From positions 4,981 to 68,980 of the forward strand of contig JAEMTE010000002.1 in NCBI GenBank assembly GCA_016462445.1: DNA of 64,000 bases, in the 5' to 3' direction. Each line of letters begins with the position of its first letter. The first letter of the stretch is position 1. Origin of the DNA: Candidatus Nanopelagicus sp. GTDB taxonomy: Bacteria; Actinomycetota; Actinomycetes; Nanopelagicales; Nanopelagicaceae. A program made the position numbers and the translations under genes. Below, one piece after another: positions 9,892 through 21,238 of this stretch. Under the pieces are notes generated by a model, which was not told where the DNA came from, searched no databases, and saw only the letters and a list, made by a program, of their open reading frames with translations.

Positions 9892-10818
9892 ATGAATACC
9901 GCACTATTACTTGTGATTCTAGCTCTGCAGATATTTGCTATTTATTACTTGATTAGAACCGCTCGAAATCTTGGCTCTAAATCAACGCGCTACCACAAAG
10001 AGTTGATGGAAAATATAAATATGCTAAGAGCTAGCGATGGAAGTAATATTCTTAATCATCTTGCAGTTCCAAATACTAAAGAGTTTAGAAATATAAGTTG
10101 GGATCATGTAATCTCACTTACCAGCCACCCAGCAAGGTTTGCCACGCTCCACATTTCTTTAGATCAACTTCTAAATCAGCAATTGATTCCTAAAAAAATC
10201 TACCTAAATATTGCCCAATCAGATATATCAAAGTTGCCTACTAGAATTAAAGAATTAGAGTCTGGTGGAGTATTAAAGATTAATTCATGCTCTGATTTGG
10301 GGCCAGGCAAAAAGCTAATTCCAACTTTAAAATTAGAAGAGAACCTTCCTATTATCGTAGTTGATGATGACCTATTCTTTGAAACTGATTTAACTATGAA
10401 ATTAATGGTTCAGCACCATCTTTCACCAAAAAATGTTGTTGCCAATAGAGTTCATAAAATTATCTTTGAGGCCAACGGCAGTATCGCCTCATATAGCAAG
10501 TGGATTAAAAACTACTCTTTATCAAATGGTCCAGCTTCAGATTTTTTCCCAACATCAGGTGCCGGCACACTTTATAAAAAAGAGTTTTTCCACCCAGATG
10601 TAATGGATGAAGAGAGCTATAAAGCCTTATCACTGCATACTGATGACCTATGGTGGTTTGTGCATAGTAAGCGAGCTGGAGTAATTACTAAGCGCATGGC
10701 TGGTTATAGCAAATTAGAGTTTATTGATGGAACTCAAGAGAATGGGTTGTGGAACACAGGAAATAAGGATCGAAATGATCCAAATTTAAAATCTTTGCTA
10801 AGTAAATACTCACTTTAA
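9892..10818 (+). CDS. Membrane-anchored GT-A (family 2-like) glycosyltransferase
   Basis: N-terminal TM helix; ISLTSHPARF, DLGPGKKLIP, VVDDD (DxD), DDLWW motifs. Confidence 0.75.
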   Translation: MNTALLLVILALQIFAIYYLIRTARNLGSKSTRYHKELMENINMLRASDGSNILNHLAVPNTKEFRNISWDHVISLTSHPARFATLHISLDQLLNQQLIPKKIYLNIAQSDISKLPTRIKELESGGVLKINSCSDLGPGKKLIPTLKLEENLPIIVVDDDLFFETDLTMKLMVQHHLSPKNVVANRVHKIIFEANGSIASYSKWIKNYSLSNGPASDFFPTSGAGTLYKKEFFHPDVMDEESYKALSLHTDDLWWFVHSKRAGVITKRMAGYSKLEFIDGTQENGLWNTGNKDRNDPNLKSLLSKYSL

Positions 10819-10824
10819 TTTAAC

Positions 10825-10909
10825 TGGTGGCGGGTGAAGGATTTGAACCTTCGAAGGCAGAGCCGGGGGATTTACAGTCCCCTCCCATTGGCCGCTCGGG
10901 CAACCCGCC
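10825..10909 (-). tRNA. tRNA-Tyr (GTA)
   Basis: GGCGGGTTGCCCGAGCGGCCAATGG...GGGGA-CT-GTA-AA-TCCCC, long variable arm, encoded 3' CCA. Confidence 0.96.
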
Positions 10910-10930
10910 AGGGATTGTTAAGCGTGGTGA

Positions 10931-10960
10931 AGTCTAAAGCCTAGACAGTTGTTATGCCAA
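10931..10960 (-). promoter_or_regulatory. Putative promoter of tRNA-Tyr
   Basis: TTGGCA-18 nt-TAGACT. Confidence 0.6.
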
Positions 10961-10968
10961 AAGATCAA

Positions 10969-12210
10969 TTATTTATCAGCGTAGCGCGCAATAAAGCGCA
11001 CATGATCAGGATTTAACTCAGCAACGGTTCGCGCACCAAGTAATTTCATTGTTCTAGTAATTTGTGTGCGCATAATCTCTAATGTTTTATCAACACCAGG
11101 TTTTCCACCTGCCATTAAGCCATACAGATAAGCCCGACCAATCCATGTGAAATTCGCACCCGTTGCTAGAGCAGCGACAACATCGGAGCCATGCATAATT
11201 GCCGTATCAACATGAATCTCAGCCTTATTACCTACAGCTTTAACTACCTCAGGTAGTAAGTGAAGTGGTACAGGCGCACGATCTAGTTGGCGACCACCGT
11301 GGTTAGATAAAATTATTGCATCCGCACCTGCCTCAGCCGACATCAGCGCATCATCAACATTTTGGATACCTTTAACAACTAGATTGCCCTGCCATTGGCT
11401 ACGAATCCACTTTAAATCTTCATATGTAACAGTTGGATCAAACATTGAATCTAGTAGCTCTGCCACTGTGCCGTTCCAAGAATCTAGGGATGCAAACTTA
11501 AGTGGATCTGTTGTTAGGAAGTTAATCCACCAGGCAGGACGCGGAATCGCATTTAAAATTGTCTTAACTGTTAGTGAGGGTGGAATAGTCATACCATTTC
11601 TAACATCACGCAACCTTGCACCTGCAACTGGAACATCAACTGTTAAAACTAAGGTATCGAAACCAGCAGCTCTGGCTCTATCAACTAGCGCCATACTGCG
11701 ATCGCGGTCCTTCCACATATATAACTGAAACCAATTTCTCCCATTAGGTGCTGCTTTTGCAACATCCTCAATTGACCTTGTTCCCATAGTGGAGAGTGTG
11801 AAAGGAATTCCAGCATCTTGCGCCGCACACGCACCGGCATACTCACCCTCGGTTTGCATCATTCTGGTGAAGCCAGTTGGTGCAATTCCTAGTGGCATAC
11901 TCATTTTCTTACCTAACATATTCACTGAAAGATCAACATCTTTAACATTAAGCAAAATCTTTGGTTGAAACTCTAATTTTTCATACGCATCACGTGCTCT
12001 AGTAAGACTTGACTCAGTATCAGCACCACCATCGGTGTAATCAAAAGGAGCTTGAGGTGTTCGCTTCTTTGCAATATCTCGTAAATCATAAATTGTTAAT
12101 GCCCGCGATAATCTGCGCTTACGAGGGCTGAAGATTACTTTTCTAAACTTAAGTAATTGAGCAAGATCTTTTGGGCTGGGAATGCGGCGCTTAACCTTTA
12201 TCTGGCTCAC
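10969..12210 (-). CDS. lldD: FMN-dependent alpha-hydroxy acid oxidase/dehydrogenase (L-lactate dehydrogenase LldD-like)
   Basis: [36 protein letters not shown] motifs. Confidence 0.88.
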   Translation of the reverse strand: MSQIKVKRRIPSPKDLAQLLKFRKVIFSPRKRRLSRALTIYDLRDIAKKRTPQAPFDYTDGGADTESSLTRARDAYEKLEFQPKILLNVKDVDLSVNMLGKKMSMPLGIAPTGFTRMMQTEGEYAGACAAQDAGIPFTLSTMGTRSIEDVAKAAPNGRNWFQLYMWKDRDRSMALVDRARAAGFDTLVLTVDVPVAGARLRDVRNGMTIPPSLTVKTILNAIPRPAWWINFLTTDPLKFASLDSWNGTVAELLDSMFDPTVTYEDLKWIRSQWQGNLVVKGIQNVDDALMSAEAGADAIILSNHGGRQLDRAPVPLHLLPEVVKAVGNKAEIHVDTAIMHGSDVVAALATGANFTWIGRAYLYGLMAGGKPGVDKTLEIMRTQITRTMKLLGARTVAELNPDHVRFIARYADK

Positions 12211-12275
12211 ATGTCCCCTTCCAAGTTCAAACTTTATGAGAAATCCTCAGTGGATTTATTGGGTAAAGTATAGAC

Positions 12276-12764
12276 ATGGCTGACAGTAGTTTTGACATAG
12301 TCTCAAAGATTGATCAAATGGAGTTAGATAACGCCTTTAATCAGTGCGACCGAGAGATAGCAACTCGCTTTGACTTTAAAAACACTGGCACCAAGGTTGA
12401 GAAGACTGGAATCAAGGTATTAATTGAATCCGATACTGAGGAGCGGGCAAAGGCAGCTCTTGATGTATTTAAGGATAAGTTAATTAAACGAAATGTTTCA
12501 CTTAAACACCTTGATGCTGGTGAACCACAGCTAAGTGGCAAAACTTACCGAATTAATTGTGAGTTCAAAGAGGGAATTACTACTGAGAATGCAAAGAAAA
12601 TTGCTAAATTTCTTAAAGATAGTGGCCCTAAATCTATTAAAGCTCAGATCCAAGGTGATGAACTACGAGTTTCCAGTAAGAGTAGAGATGATCTGCAAAC
12701 TGCAATAGCTCAAGTTAAAAAAGAGGTTTGGGATTTCGCAGTTCAGTTTACAAATTACCGCTAA
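12276..12764 (+). CDS. yajQ: YajQ family nucleotide-binding protein
   Basis: [36 protein letters not shown] motifs. Confidence 0.95.
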   Translation: MADSSFDIVSKIDQMELDNAFNQCDREIATRFDFKNTGTKVEKTGIKVLIESDTEERAKAALDVFKDKLIKRNVSLKHLDAGEPQLSGKTYRINCEFKEGITTENAKKIAKFLKDSGPKSIKAQIQGDELRVSSKSRDDLQTAIAQVKKEVWDFAVQFTNYR

Positions 12765-12788
12765 TTAATACATTTAGAAAAGGTGTAA

Positions 12789-13667
12789 TTGAACCGTAAC
12801 GGATCAGGTATTGCTTATGGCGCTGGGGCGTATGTTATTTGGGGATTACTCCCGCTTTACTGGCGAGCATTAGATAGAGCATCTGCCTTTGAAGTTGTTG
12901 CGCACAGAGCTATTTGGTCATTACTTGCATGTGCTGTACTTCTTGCCTACCAAAAACAATTAAGAGCTACTTTCAACTTAATTCGTAATGGAAGATCCTT
13001 CGCTCTTCTTGCCCTTACCTCTTTACTTTTATCACTTAACTGGGGAATTTATATTTGGGCAGTATCAGTAGATCGAGTTGTTGAAGCGGCACTGGGTTAT
13101 TACATAACACCATTAGTTGCAGTTAGCTTTGGAGTGTTGATATTAAAAGAGAAACTACGCAAGTCACAAATTATCTCGGTAATACTTGCCACAGTTGGTG
13201 TGATTATTTTGACCGCCACCTACGGGCATGTGCCAGTCGTAGCACTGGGATTAGCACTTAGTTGGGGCTCCTATACATTATTTAAGAAACGTCTTAATGC
13301 TGGAGCACTTGAAACTTTATCGATTGAAACTTTGGTCGCATTTTTTCCGAACATCATTTTCCTGTTCTACTTACTTAATAAAAATGAGGCACAGTTTGGT
13401 CAAGATTTACCCTTCTCATTAGCCTTAGCATCCGCTGGCTTATTTACCGTAATACCACTGCTAATGTTTAATGCTGCAGCTACTAGATTGCCGTTAACAA
13501 CTACTGGTCTACTCCAATACATCACGCCAAGTATTATGTTTTTGGTCGGGATCATTGTTTTTCATGAGCCGCTACCAATCTCAAAGGTAGTGGGATTTAT
13601 CTTTATCTGGGCAGCACTAGCTTTTCTTGGAACTGACTTAGTTAAATCAAGCAGAGCGACTGACTAA
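12789..13667 (+). CDS. rarD: EamA family transporter RarD
   Basis: WGLLPLYW, NWGIYIWAV, EAALGYYITP, GLLQYITP motifs; about 10 TM helices. Confidence 0.92.
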   Translation: MNRNGSGIAYGAGAYVIWGLLPLYWRALDRASAFEVVAHRAIWSLLACAVLLAYQKQLRATFNLIRNGRSFALLALTSLLLSLNWGIYIWAVSVDRVVEAALGYYITPLVAVSFGVLILKEKLRKSQIISVILATVGVIILTATYGHVPVVALGLALSWGSYTLFKKRLNAGALETLSIETLVAFFPNIIFLFYLLNKNEAQFGQDLPFSLALASAGLFTVIPLLMFNAAATRLPLTTTGLLQYITPSIMFLVGIIVFHEPLPISKVVGFIFIWAALAFLGTDLVKSSRATD

Positions 13668-14645
13668 GGAGTAAGTCAGATTTTTAAGCGCCTCTTTTGC
13701 TGGACAGTCTGGTAGATCTGCAAGTAAATCAATTGATTCATCTGCAACTTGTTGCAAATAGTTTTTTACCTGTTGTAAAACTTTATGACTCCGCAGTTGC
13801 TTAATAATAGCCGGTAACTCTTCATCACTAATTTTTGAGTTTAATTTAGATATTAGCTCTTTATCTTCTGGGTTATTTGCTTCAATGACATAAAGAGTAA
13901 CTAGGGTTGGTATGCCTTCTCTTAAATCTGTACCAGGAGTTTTCCCAGAATCCATTTCACTACTTGCAATATCAATTAGATCATCTGATACCTGAAAAAG
14001 TAAGCCAACTTTCTCGCCATATTTAGTTAAAATATCTACAATCTCAGGCTTTGCACGAGCAAGAATTGCGCCAAGTCTGGCGCTAGTTCCGATCAATGAT
14101 CCTGTCTTATCGCTAACTACTTTTAAGTAATGATCAATCTGTTTTAGCCCACCGCTTGCCCCTTGAGTTTCATTAATCTGACCGATTACTAATCTTTCAA
14201 AGGTCTTAGCTTGTAAGTGCACCGCTTCTTGCACAAATTCTGGTTTTAAATCTGCCAATAAATCTGAAGCTTTTGAAAACAAGTAATCTCCGGTGAGAAT
14301 TGCAACTGCGTTACTCCATTTTTTATTAGCACTAGTAACACCACGACGCAGTACTGCATCATCCATAACATCATCGTGATACAAAGTTGCAAGGTGGGTT
14401 AGTTCACAAACTACAGCAGCTTTAATAATCTCATCAGTTTCTTCTATGCCGAACTTACCAGCTAATATGCTGAGTAAAGGGCGAAGTCGCTTACCACCAG
14501 CATTGATTAAGTGGCGTGAGGTCTCAACAACTAATGGGTACTCACCCTCTATATGGGTGCGAAGAAGTTTCTCTACTTTTTCCATATCAGAAATAAGTGA
14601 TAGCTCAAGCTGCTTATCAAGATTAGGTATTCCTAATTTATTCAT
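13647..14645 (-). CDS. Polyprenyl diphosphate synthase (menaquinone side chain)
   Basis: GGKRLRP, LYHDDVMD (first Asp-rich motif), FQVSDDLID (second), GKTPGTDLREG. Confidence 0.93.
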   Translation of the reverse strand: MNKLGIPNLDKQLELSLISDMEKVEKLLRTHIEGEYPLVVETSRHLINAGGKRLRPLLSILAGKFGIEETDEIIKAAVVCELTHLATLYHDDVMDDAVLRRGVTSANKKWSNAVAILTGDYLFSKASDLLADLKPEFVQEAVHLQAKTFERLVIGQINETQGASGGLKQIDHYLKVVSDKTGSLIGTSARLGAILARAKPEIVDILTKYGEKVGLLFQVSDDLIDIASSEMDSGKTPGTDLREGIPTLVTLYVIEANNPEDKELISKLNSKISDEELPAIIKQLRSHKVLQQVKNYLQQVADESIDLLADLPDCPAKEALKNLTYSLVSRSA

Positions 14646-16153
14646 TATTTAACAAAATTGGCAAAATTACTGGCTGTGGTAAGGACTAATGAAGGTGCAA
14701 TACCTAAAGCAATTGAAATTATCATTGAGGCAACTATTGAAACCTTGCTTTTAATTGATGGAATAATTACAGATACTGAATTATTAACTGGATCTGTAAA
14801 GAAAATCATAATAATGACTCTGATATAAAAGAAGGCAGCAATCGCACTTGCCAGTACACCAACTACAACCAATGAAATATTGCCACTTTTATAAGCGGCT
14901 GAAAATATTGCAAATTTACCAACAAAGCCTGCAGTTAATGGGATTCCAGCGAAACTCAGTAGCAAGAATGCAAAAGCTGCAGAAACTAATGGTGATTTTC
15001 TGCCCAAGCCAACCCAGCGATTTAAATCTGTTACCTCACCAGTTGAATCCCTAATTAAAGTAATAATGCCAAAAGCTGCAAGTGTGGCAAATCCATATGC
15101 AAATAAATAAAATAGTGAGGCAGCTAAGCCATCTTTATTTAAGGCAACTACACCAGATAGTAAAAATCCAGCATGAGCAATCGATGAATACGCAAGCATT
15201 CGTTTAACATCACGCTGAGCTATCGCAACTAATGAACCAAACAACATAGTAATAATTGCAATTACAGTGATTATTGGCCGCCACTGTGTTTGTGACTGAG
15301 CAAATCCAACATAGAAAATACGTAAGATCGCACCAAATGCAGCTACCTTTGTACAGGCAGCCATAAAGCCAGTTATTGGAGTTGGTGCACCTTGATAGAC
15401 ATCAGGTGTCCAGGAGTGAAATGGCACTGCACTAATTTTGAATAGTAAACCAACTGACACAAAGATAATTCCAATAAGTAGGAAAATATCATTCCCATTG
15501 CCTGCCGCTGCGCTAATTCCAGATAAGGAGATAGTTCCGGAGTATCCATATAGGAAGGCTGATCCAAATAAGAAAAATGCAGAGGAGTAGGCGCCTAGTA
15601 AAAAGTATTTAAGAGCCGCCTCTTGAGAAAGTAATCGTCGCCTGCGCGATAGACCGGCAAGTAAATAAAGTGGCAGTGAAAATACCTCTAGCGCAACAAA
15701 TAATGTAATTAAGTCAGATGCAATTGTAAATAACATCATGCCGGCTACTGCAAATAAGAAAAGAGGGAATATTTCTGTTTGTTGGTTTTTTTGTTCTAAT
15801 GCACTGCGCTCCTCAATAGAGCCTGGAATAGCGGAGGCCTGAGCGACAAAATTCTCCTGATCAGCGATTAATAAAACGGCAGCCAAAGATAGTAAAACAA
15901 TAGTTGCTTGTAGGAATATGCCTGCTTTATCAATAGTTACTGAGTTAACCGCAGCCGTTAGTGATGATGAATCTCTAATTTGCCACAGCTGTTGTAAGGC
16001 TAATAAGAGCGAGCCGATACTAATTGTTAACTGAATAGCAGGACGGTGGGTCTTACCTAAGAATGCTTCAACTAGCACGCCAATCAATGCTCCTGCTAAC
16101 ACAATAAGAATTGGGGCAAGGAGTGAGTAAGTAAGTGATGGTGCAATTAGCAT
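14645..16153 (-). CDS. nuoN: NADH-quinone oxidoreductase subunit N
   Basis: EAALKYFLLG, FKISAVPFHSWTPDVYQGAP, KRMLAYSSIAHAG. Confidence 0.96.
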   Translation of the reverse strand: MLIAPSLTYSLLAPILIVLAGALIGVLVEAFLGKTHRPAIQLTISIGSLLLALQQLWQIRDSSSLTAAVNSVTIDKAGIFLQATIVLLSLAAVLLIADQENFVAQASAIPGSIEERSALEQKNQQTEIFPLFLFAVAGMMLFTIASDLITLFVALEVFSLPLYLLAGLSRRRRLLSQEAALKYFLLGAYSSAFFLFGSAFLYGYSGTISLSGISAAAGNGNDIFLLIGIIFVSVGLLFKISAVPFHSWTPDVYQGAPTPITGFMAACTKVAAFGAILRIFYVGFAQSQTQWRPIITVIAIITMLFGSLVAIAQRDVKRMLAYSSIAHAGFLLSGVVALNKDGLAASLFYLFAYGFATLAAFGIITLIRDSTGEVTDLNRWVGLGRKSPLVSAAFAFLLLSFAGIPLTAGFVGKFAIFSAAYKSGNISLVVVGVLASAIAAFFYIRVIIMIFFTDPVNNSVSVIIPSIKSKVSIVASMIISIALGIAPSLVLTTASNFANFVK

Positions 16154-17658
16154 TACTTACCTACCTTTGCAGCTGGATCTGTAAAACCAGCTTTTGTAAC
16201 AACTTTTTCAGCAGTTGGATTAATTAGATCTAATACCGGCTTTGGGTAAAAACCCATTACAACAATCACTAAAATTACTGGTGCGATTGCAATCTTCTCA
16301 CGTAAACTCAAGTCAGTTAATTTCTCATTTCCATCAATAATGGGGCCATGTAGAGTTTTTTGAATTGGAATTAATATGTAAAGTGCAGCAAGCACTATTC
16401 CTAATGTTCCAATAACTGCTGCTACCGGATAACGAGTATATGTGCCAACTAATACTAGGAACTCGCTAACAAAACTAGATAGGCCCGGAAGTGCCAGGCT
16501 AGACATGCCAGCAATAAAAAATGTCCACGCCATTATTGGCGTGACTCTTTGCAAGCCACCGAAATCTGCAATTACAGAGGATCCTCTACGCATCATCATC
16601 CAGCCAGCAATTAAGAACAGAGCGGCGGTAGAAAATCCATGATTTACCATATACAAATTAGCACCTGACATACCTTGAGTAGTCATTGCAAAAATTCCCA
16701 TTGTGATAAAACCAAAGTGGGATATGGAGGTAAATGCAATCAATCCTTTTATATCTCGCTGACCAATTGCCATAAAAGCGCCGTAAATAATTGAAATAAC
16801 CGCCAAGGTAATTATTAATGGTGTAAATGTCTTACTGGCGTCAGGAAATAATTCAATACAAAAGCGGATCATTCCATAGGTTCCGACCTTATCCAGCACA
16901 CCTAAAAGTAAGACGGATGTACCGGGTGATGCGGCCTTAGCAGCATCTGGTAACCAAGTATGAAATGGCCATAGCGGTGCTTTGATGGCAAATGCAATAA
17001 AGAAACCAAGAAATAAAAGATTCTCTGTTTTATTATCAATTTGTAGCGTAGCAAGTTTAGCCAAATCAAAGGTTGCACCAATTTGATTGCCAGCTATCAC
17101 ATAGACGCCAATAATTGAAGCAAGCATTAATAGGCCACCAAATAAGCTATAAAGCAGAAACTTCATCGCAGCAGCAGATTTATTTCCACTACCAAAGCCA
17201 CCGATTAAAAAGTAAACTGGAATTAGCATCGCCTCAAAGAAAACATAGAATAGAAATAAGTCAGTGGCAGCAAAGACGCCAATCATCATTGTCTCTAAAA
17301 TTAAAATTAGAATATAAAATACCTTAGCTCCCCATCTACCGCCATCTGCCTCTGGCCAAGTAGCAAGAACAACAATTGGAACTAAAATTGTTGAGAGCAA
17401 GATTAAAACTAATGAGATGCCATCAATACCGACTGCATAGTTAATGTTAAAAGATGAAATCCATGGATTACTCTGTACATATTGCATACCGGTGCTGGTT
17501 TTATCAAAACCAGTGGCAAGTGAGATTGAGATAATTGCTATAAGTGAGGTGGCAATAAAAGTAGCACGCTTAATTAATCCAGTACTCTTGCTTGGAATAG
17601 CGGCAATTAATAATGCACTAATTAATGGGAGTAACCCAATAACTGTTAATAAACTCAT
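16153..17658 (-). CDS. nuoM: NADH-quinone oxidoreductase subunit M
   Basis: FYVFFEAMLIP, KAPLWPFHTWLPDA, NHG motifs; start 17658 overlaps the nuoL stop. Confidence 0.96.
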   Translation of the reverse strand: MSLLTVIGLLPLISALLIAAIPSKSTGLIKRATFIATSLIAIISISLATGFDKTSTGMQYVQSNPWISSFNINYAVGIDGISLVLILLSTILVPIVVLATWPEADGGRWGAKVFYILILILETMMIGVFAATDLFLFYVFFEAMLIPVYFLIGGFGSGNKSAAAMKFLLYSLFGGLLMLASIIGVYVIAGNQIGATFDLAKLATLQIDNKTENLLFLGFFIAFAIKAPLWPFHTWLPDAAKAASPGTSVLLLGVLDKVGTYGMIRFCIELFPDASKTFTPLIITLAVISIIYGAFMAIGQRDIKGLIAFTSISHFGFITMGIFAMTTQGMSGANLYMVNHGFSTAALFLIAGWMMMRRGSSVIADFGGLQRVTPIMAWTFFIAGMSSLALPGLSSFVSEFLVLVGTYTRYPVAAVIGTLGIVLAALYILIPIQKTLHGPIIDGNEKLTDLSLREKIAIAPVILVIVVMGFYPKPVLDLINPTAEKVVTKAGFTDPAAKVGK

Positions 17659-19547
17659 GCTGTAACCACCCAAATTGTAGTAACTAAAGCCAGGGCGCCA
17701 ATTACCATCATTAAGGCGTAGCTTCTTACATAGCCAGTTTGCAAGGTACGAAGCCGCACACCAGCACTTAGTGAGGTAGCTGCAACTGATCTAACTAAAC
17801 CATCAATTAATATGTAATCTAAGTTTAATAAAATCTTAATAAGTGATTGACCTGGGCGCATAAATACAGCTTCATTAAACTCATCTTGAAATAGATCTCG
17901 CCTTGCTGCTGATACTAATACTGAAACCTTCTCAGGTGCTTGGGCTACTTGGTCACCACGATATTTTAAAATCGCAACTGTTAATCCAATCATTACGGCA
18001 ACTAAAGTCATCAATGAAACAATTATCGGTGGTAAAAACTCTTCAGCATGGTGCTCTTTAAGTGGATTAACAACTGGTTGTAGCCAATTAACTAAGCCAT
18101 CACCCTTTGAAAAGATAAAGCCAGCTGCAATAGATCCTATTGAAAGTAATCCAATTGGAATTAACATCAATGCTGGACTCTCGGCTGGTTCATCTTTATG
18201 ACCCCATCGTTCATTTCCAAAGAAGGTCAATATCACAACACGGGTCATATAAAAAGCAGTGATCACCGCGCCTAATAATGTAGCCATACCTAGTGCAATA
18301 CCTTTTATGCCGCCGGCATTAAATGCAGTCTCAATAATTTTATCTTTGGAGTAAAAACCAGAAAATGGTGGCACGCCAATAATTGCTAAGTAACCAAGAC
18401 CAAAGGTGAGCGCAGTAAATGGCATGAATTTTCCAATTCCACCAAACTTTCGCATGTTTACTTCATCCTTCATGCCGTGCATAACAGATCCTGCACCTAA
18501 GAACATACTTGCTTTAAAAAACCCATGAGTTAGTAAGTGCATAATTGCAAAGGCGTATCCAATTGGCCCTAAGCCAGTTGCCAAGATCATGTAGCCAATT
18601 TGAGACATAGTAGATGCGGCAAGTGCTTTCTTAATATCATCTTTTGCCATACCAATAACTGCACCGAACAACAGAGTAATTCCTCCAACAACTAAGACCA
18701 TTAGTTGCGCGATTGGTGCTTCATCAAAAATAAAGTTAGAGCGAGTAATTAAATAGACACCAGCGGTTACCATGGTTGCAGCGTGAATTAATGCAGAAAC
18801 TGGGGTGGGACCTGCCATTGCATCCCCAAGCCATGATTGCAATGGAAATTGTGCAGATTTACCACAAGCTGCAAGTAATAGCATTAAGCCAATCGCAGTT
18901 AGTTGTGTTGAAGATGCCTCGTCAGCATGCTCCTTAATTCCAGCAAATGAAACATCACCAAATGTTGCGAAGGCGATCATGATGGCAATTGATAAGCCAA
19001 CATCACCAATTCGATTTGCAATAAATGCTTTCTTGGCTGCAGTTGCATAAGCTGGTTTTTGATTCCAGAATCCAATTAATAAATAGGAGGCAAGACCAAC
19101 TCCCTCCCATCCAACATAAAGATTTAGATATGAATCGCCTAATACCAGCAATAGCATGGAGGCAATAAAAAAGTTTAAATAAGCAAAAAATCTTCGGCGA
19201 TCATGATCGTGAGACATATAAGAGATTGAATAAACGTGAATTAATGTGCCAACTCCGGTAATCAAAAGCACAAAACAAATAGATAACTGATCAAGCATCA
19301 GTGAAGCATCAACATTAAGTGAGCCAACTGAAATCCAGGTGAAGATCTTTTGCGTTACCGCTCGATTCGCATCTGACCTGCCATGCATGGCAAAAAACTC
19401 AACTACGCCAATTGTGAAGGAGGAGGCAGAGACAATTGTGGCCAGCACATGACCCCAAGAGTTAGCACGCTTACCAGATAGGATCAAAATTGCAGAGCTA
19501 AATAATGGCAGCGCAATTAGCCAAAGTAAATTACTAGAAGTTGTCAT
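17655..19547 (-). CDS. nuoL: NADH-quinone oxidoreductase subunit L
   Basis: [48 protein letters not shown]. Confidence 0.97.
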   Translation of the reverse strand: MTTSSNLLWLIALPLFSSAILILSGKRANSWGHVLATIVSASSFTIGVVEFFAMHGRSDANRAVTQKIFTWISVGSLNVDASLMLDQLSICFVLLITGVGTLIHVYSISYMSHDHDRRRFFAYLNFFIASMLLLVLGDSYLNLYVGWEGVGLASYLLIGFWNQKPAYATAAKKAFIANRIGDVGLSIAIMIAFATFGDVSFAGIKEHADEASSTQLTAIGLMLLLAACGKSAQFPLQSWLGDAMAGPTPVSALIHAATMVTAGVYLITRSNFIFDEAPIAQLMVLVVGGITLLFGAVIGMAKDDIKKALAASTMSQIGYMILATGLGPIGYAFAIMHLLTHGFFKASMFLGAGSVMHGMKDEVNMRKFGGIGKFMPFTALTFGLGYLAIIGVPPFSGFYSKDKIIETAFNAGGIKGIALGMATLLGAVITAFYMTRVVILTFFGNERWGHKDEPAESPALMLIPIGLLSIGSIAAGFIFSKGDGLVNWLQPVVNPLKEHHAEEFLPPIIVSLMTLVAVMIGLTVAILKYRGDQVAQAPEKVSVLVSAARRDLFQDEFNEAVFMRPGQSLIKILLNLDYILIDGLVRSVAATSLSAGVRLRTLQTGYVRSYALMMVIGALALVTTIWVVTA

Positions 19548-19843
19548 TGCTTCAACAAACTTGCATCGTCGACAGATACAGAGCGGCGAGAACGATAAAT
19601 TGTCACAATAATTGCAAGACCTACAACTACCTCACATGCTGCAACCACCATGGTAAAGAAGGCGACTACCTGACCATCTAGATTGCTATTAACCCGAGCA
19701 AAAGTAACAAAAGCAAGATTTGCCGCATTTAACATCAATTCAATACACATAAAAACCACAATTGCATTACGACGAACAACTACACCAACCGCACCAATTG
19801 TAAATAAAATTGCAGAAAGATAAAGATAATTAGCAATAGCCAT
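19544..19843 (-). CDS. nuoK: NADH-quinone oxidoreductase subunit K
   Basis: [29 protein letters not shown]. Confidence 0.97.
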   Translation of the reverse strand: MAIANYLYLSAILFTIGAVGVVVRRNAIVVFMCIELMLNAANLAFVTFARVNSNLDGQVVAFFTMVVAACEVVVGLAIIVTIYRSRRSVSVDDASLLKQ

Positions 19844-20622
19844 TACTTATCCTCCTCTTCTTCGCGCAATTGAAAATTAGAACTTTCAATCATGTCACCG
19901 CGTGCCTCAAGTACTGCTGATATTGAGGTAGGTGCGGCTTTGCCAGTTGGCAATAGCGCTGGCACATCAACTGCGTTATGCAGTGCGTAGACGCCAGAGC
20001 CTGGAAGACCGGCGGCATCTTTTAATGAGCCTTTTCTAAATCTAGAGATCGATAGATCACGCTGCGTAAATTGAGATTTTGATTTTTGACTGTGTGCTAA
20101 AACCATTGCACCAAGGGCGGCAGTAATCAAAAGTGCGGAGACAACCTCAAAGGCAAATACATACTTAGTAAATAATTGTTCAGCCAATCCATTGGCATTA
20201 CCACCAGAGTTTGCTGCTGCTAAACCATATATTTGCCGGCCAAAAGTTGCTCTAGAAATTAAAGAGATAAGTAGGCCACCAAAACCAACTGCTGACAGAA
20301 TTGCAACAAGGCGTAGGCCTTTAATATTTTCTTCTAATGAATCAGATGAATCAACACCCACTAGCATTAAAATAAAAAGGAATAACATCATAACTGCTCC
20401 GGTATAAACCACTATCTGCACAATTCCTAAGAAAAGCGCATCTTGCGCAATATAAAAAATGGCTAGCGAGATCATCACCCAAGCTAGTAGTAGCGCAGAA
20501 TGAACAGCTTTTTTCACTAGCAGCATACCTACTGCTGCTAACACTGAAAGTGGGGCAAGAAAGTAAAATAAAAATGATTCAGGTGTAGCAGTTTTACCAA
20601 TATCTAATGCAAGATTAATCAT
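19843..20622 (-). CDS. nuoJ: NADH-quinone oxidoreductase subunit J
   Basis: [33 protein letters not shown]; ATG at 20622 overlaps the end of nuoI. Confidence 0.94.
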   Translation of the reverse strand: MINLALDIGKTATPESFLFYFLAPLSVLAAVGMLLVKKAVHSALLLAWVMISLAIFYIAQDALFLGIVQIVVYTGAVMMLFLFILMLVGVDSSDSLEENIKGLRLVAILSAVGFGGLLISLISRATFGRQIYGLAAANSGGNANGLAEQLFTKYVFAFEVVSALLITAALGAMVLAHSQKSKSQFTQRDLSISRFRKGSLKDAAGLPGSGVYALHNAVDVPALLPTGKAAPTSISAVLEARGDMIESSNFQLREEEEDK

Positions 20623-21238
20623 TCTCTGCCACACCTTGAGATGGGTGCGAGGTAGTTACCTCGCCACGGTAGTAATTACCATCATCGGTATTTGGATACA
20701 TCGGATGTGGTGGTGGCACCATGCCAGCACGTAGTGGACCAAGCAGATCATCTTTTTCAAAAATTAATTTTGCACGGGTGTCATCTGCTAACTCATACTC
20801 ATTTGTCATGGTTAGTGCTCTGGTTGGACAGGCCTCAATACAAAGTCCACAAAAAATGCATCGTAAGTAATTGATCTGATAAACCTTGCCATACCTCTCA
20901 CCTGGTGAAAATTGCTCACCCTCTTTATTGTCAGCTCCTTCAACATAAATTGCATCTGCTGGGCATGCCCAAGCACAAAGTTCGCAGCCAATACATTTCT
21001 CAAGTCCATCTGGGTGGCGGTTTAATTGATGGCGACCATGAAATCTTGGTGCTGTTTCCTCTTTAACCTCTGGATACTGCACAGTATTAACTTTTTTAAA
21101 CATTGTTTTAAAAGTCACCCAAAATCCAAGCATCTGCTTACTAAAGCTAGCGCTCTCATGGTTAGTGATTGGGACTTTTGCCTCATTCGCTTTTGCCAAG
21201 CCAAACTCATCAGATCGTGGGATTAATTCATCAGCCAT
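20615..21238 (-). CDS. nuoI: NADH-quinone oxidoreductase subunit I
   Basis: Two 4Fe-4S motifs, [12 protein letters not shown] and [12 protein letters not shown]. Confidence 0.97.
   Translation of the reverse strand: MADELIPRSDEFGLAKANEAKVPITNHESASFSKQMLGFWVTFKTMFKKVNTVQYPEVKEETAPRFHGRHQLNRHPDGLEKCIGCELCAWACPADAIYVEGADNKEGEQFSPGERYGKVYQINYLRCIFCGLCIEACPTRALTMTNEYELADDTRAKLIFEKDDLLGPLRAGMVPPPHPMYPNTDDGNYYRGEVTTSHPSQGVAEND

Noticed and set aside
8405-10909. Possible integrative element or prophage at tRNA-Tyr
   Set aside because: No integrase, no duplicated tRNA 3' end and no phage genes seen; reported only as a glycosyltransferase islet.
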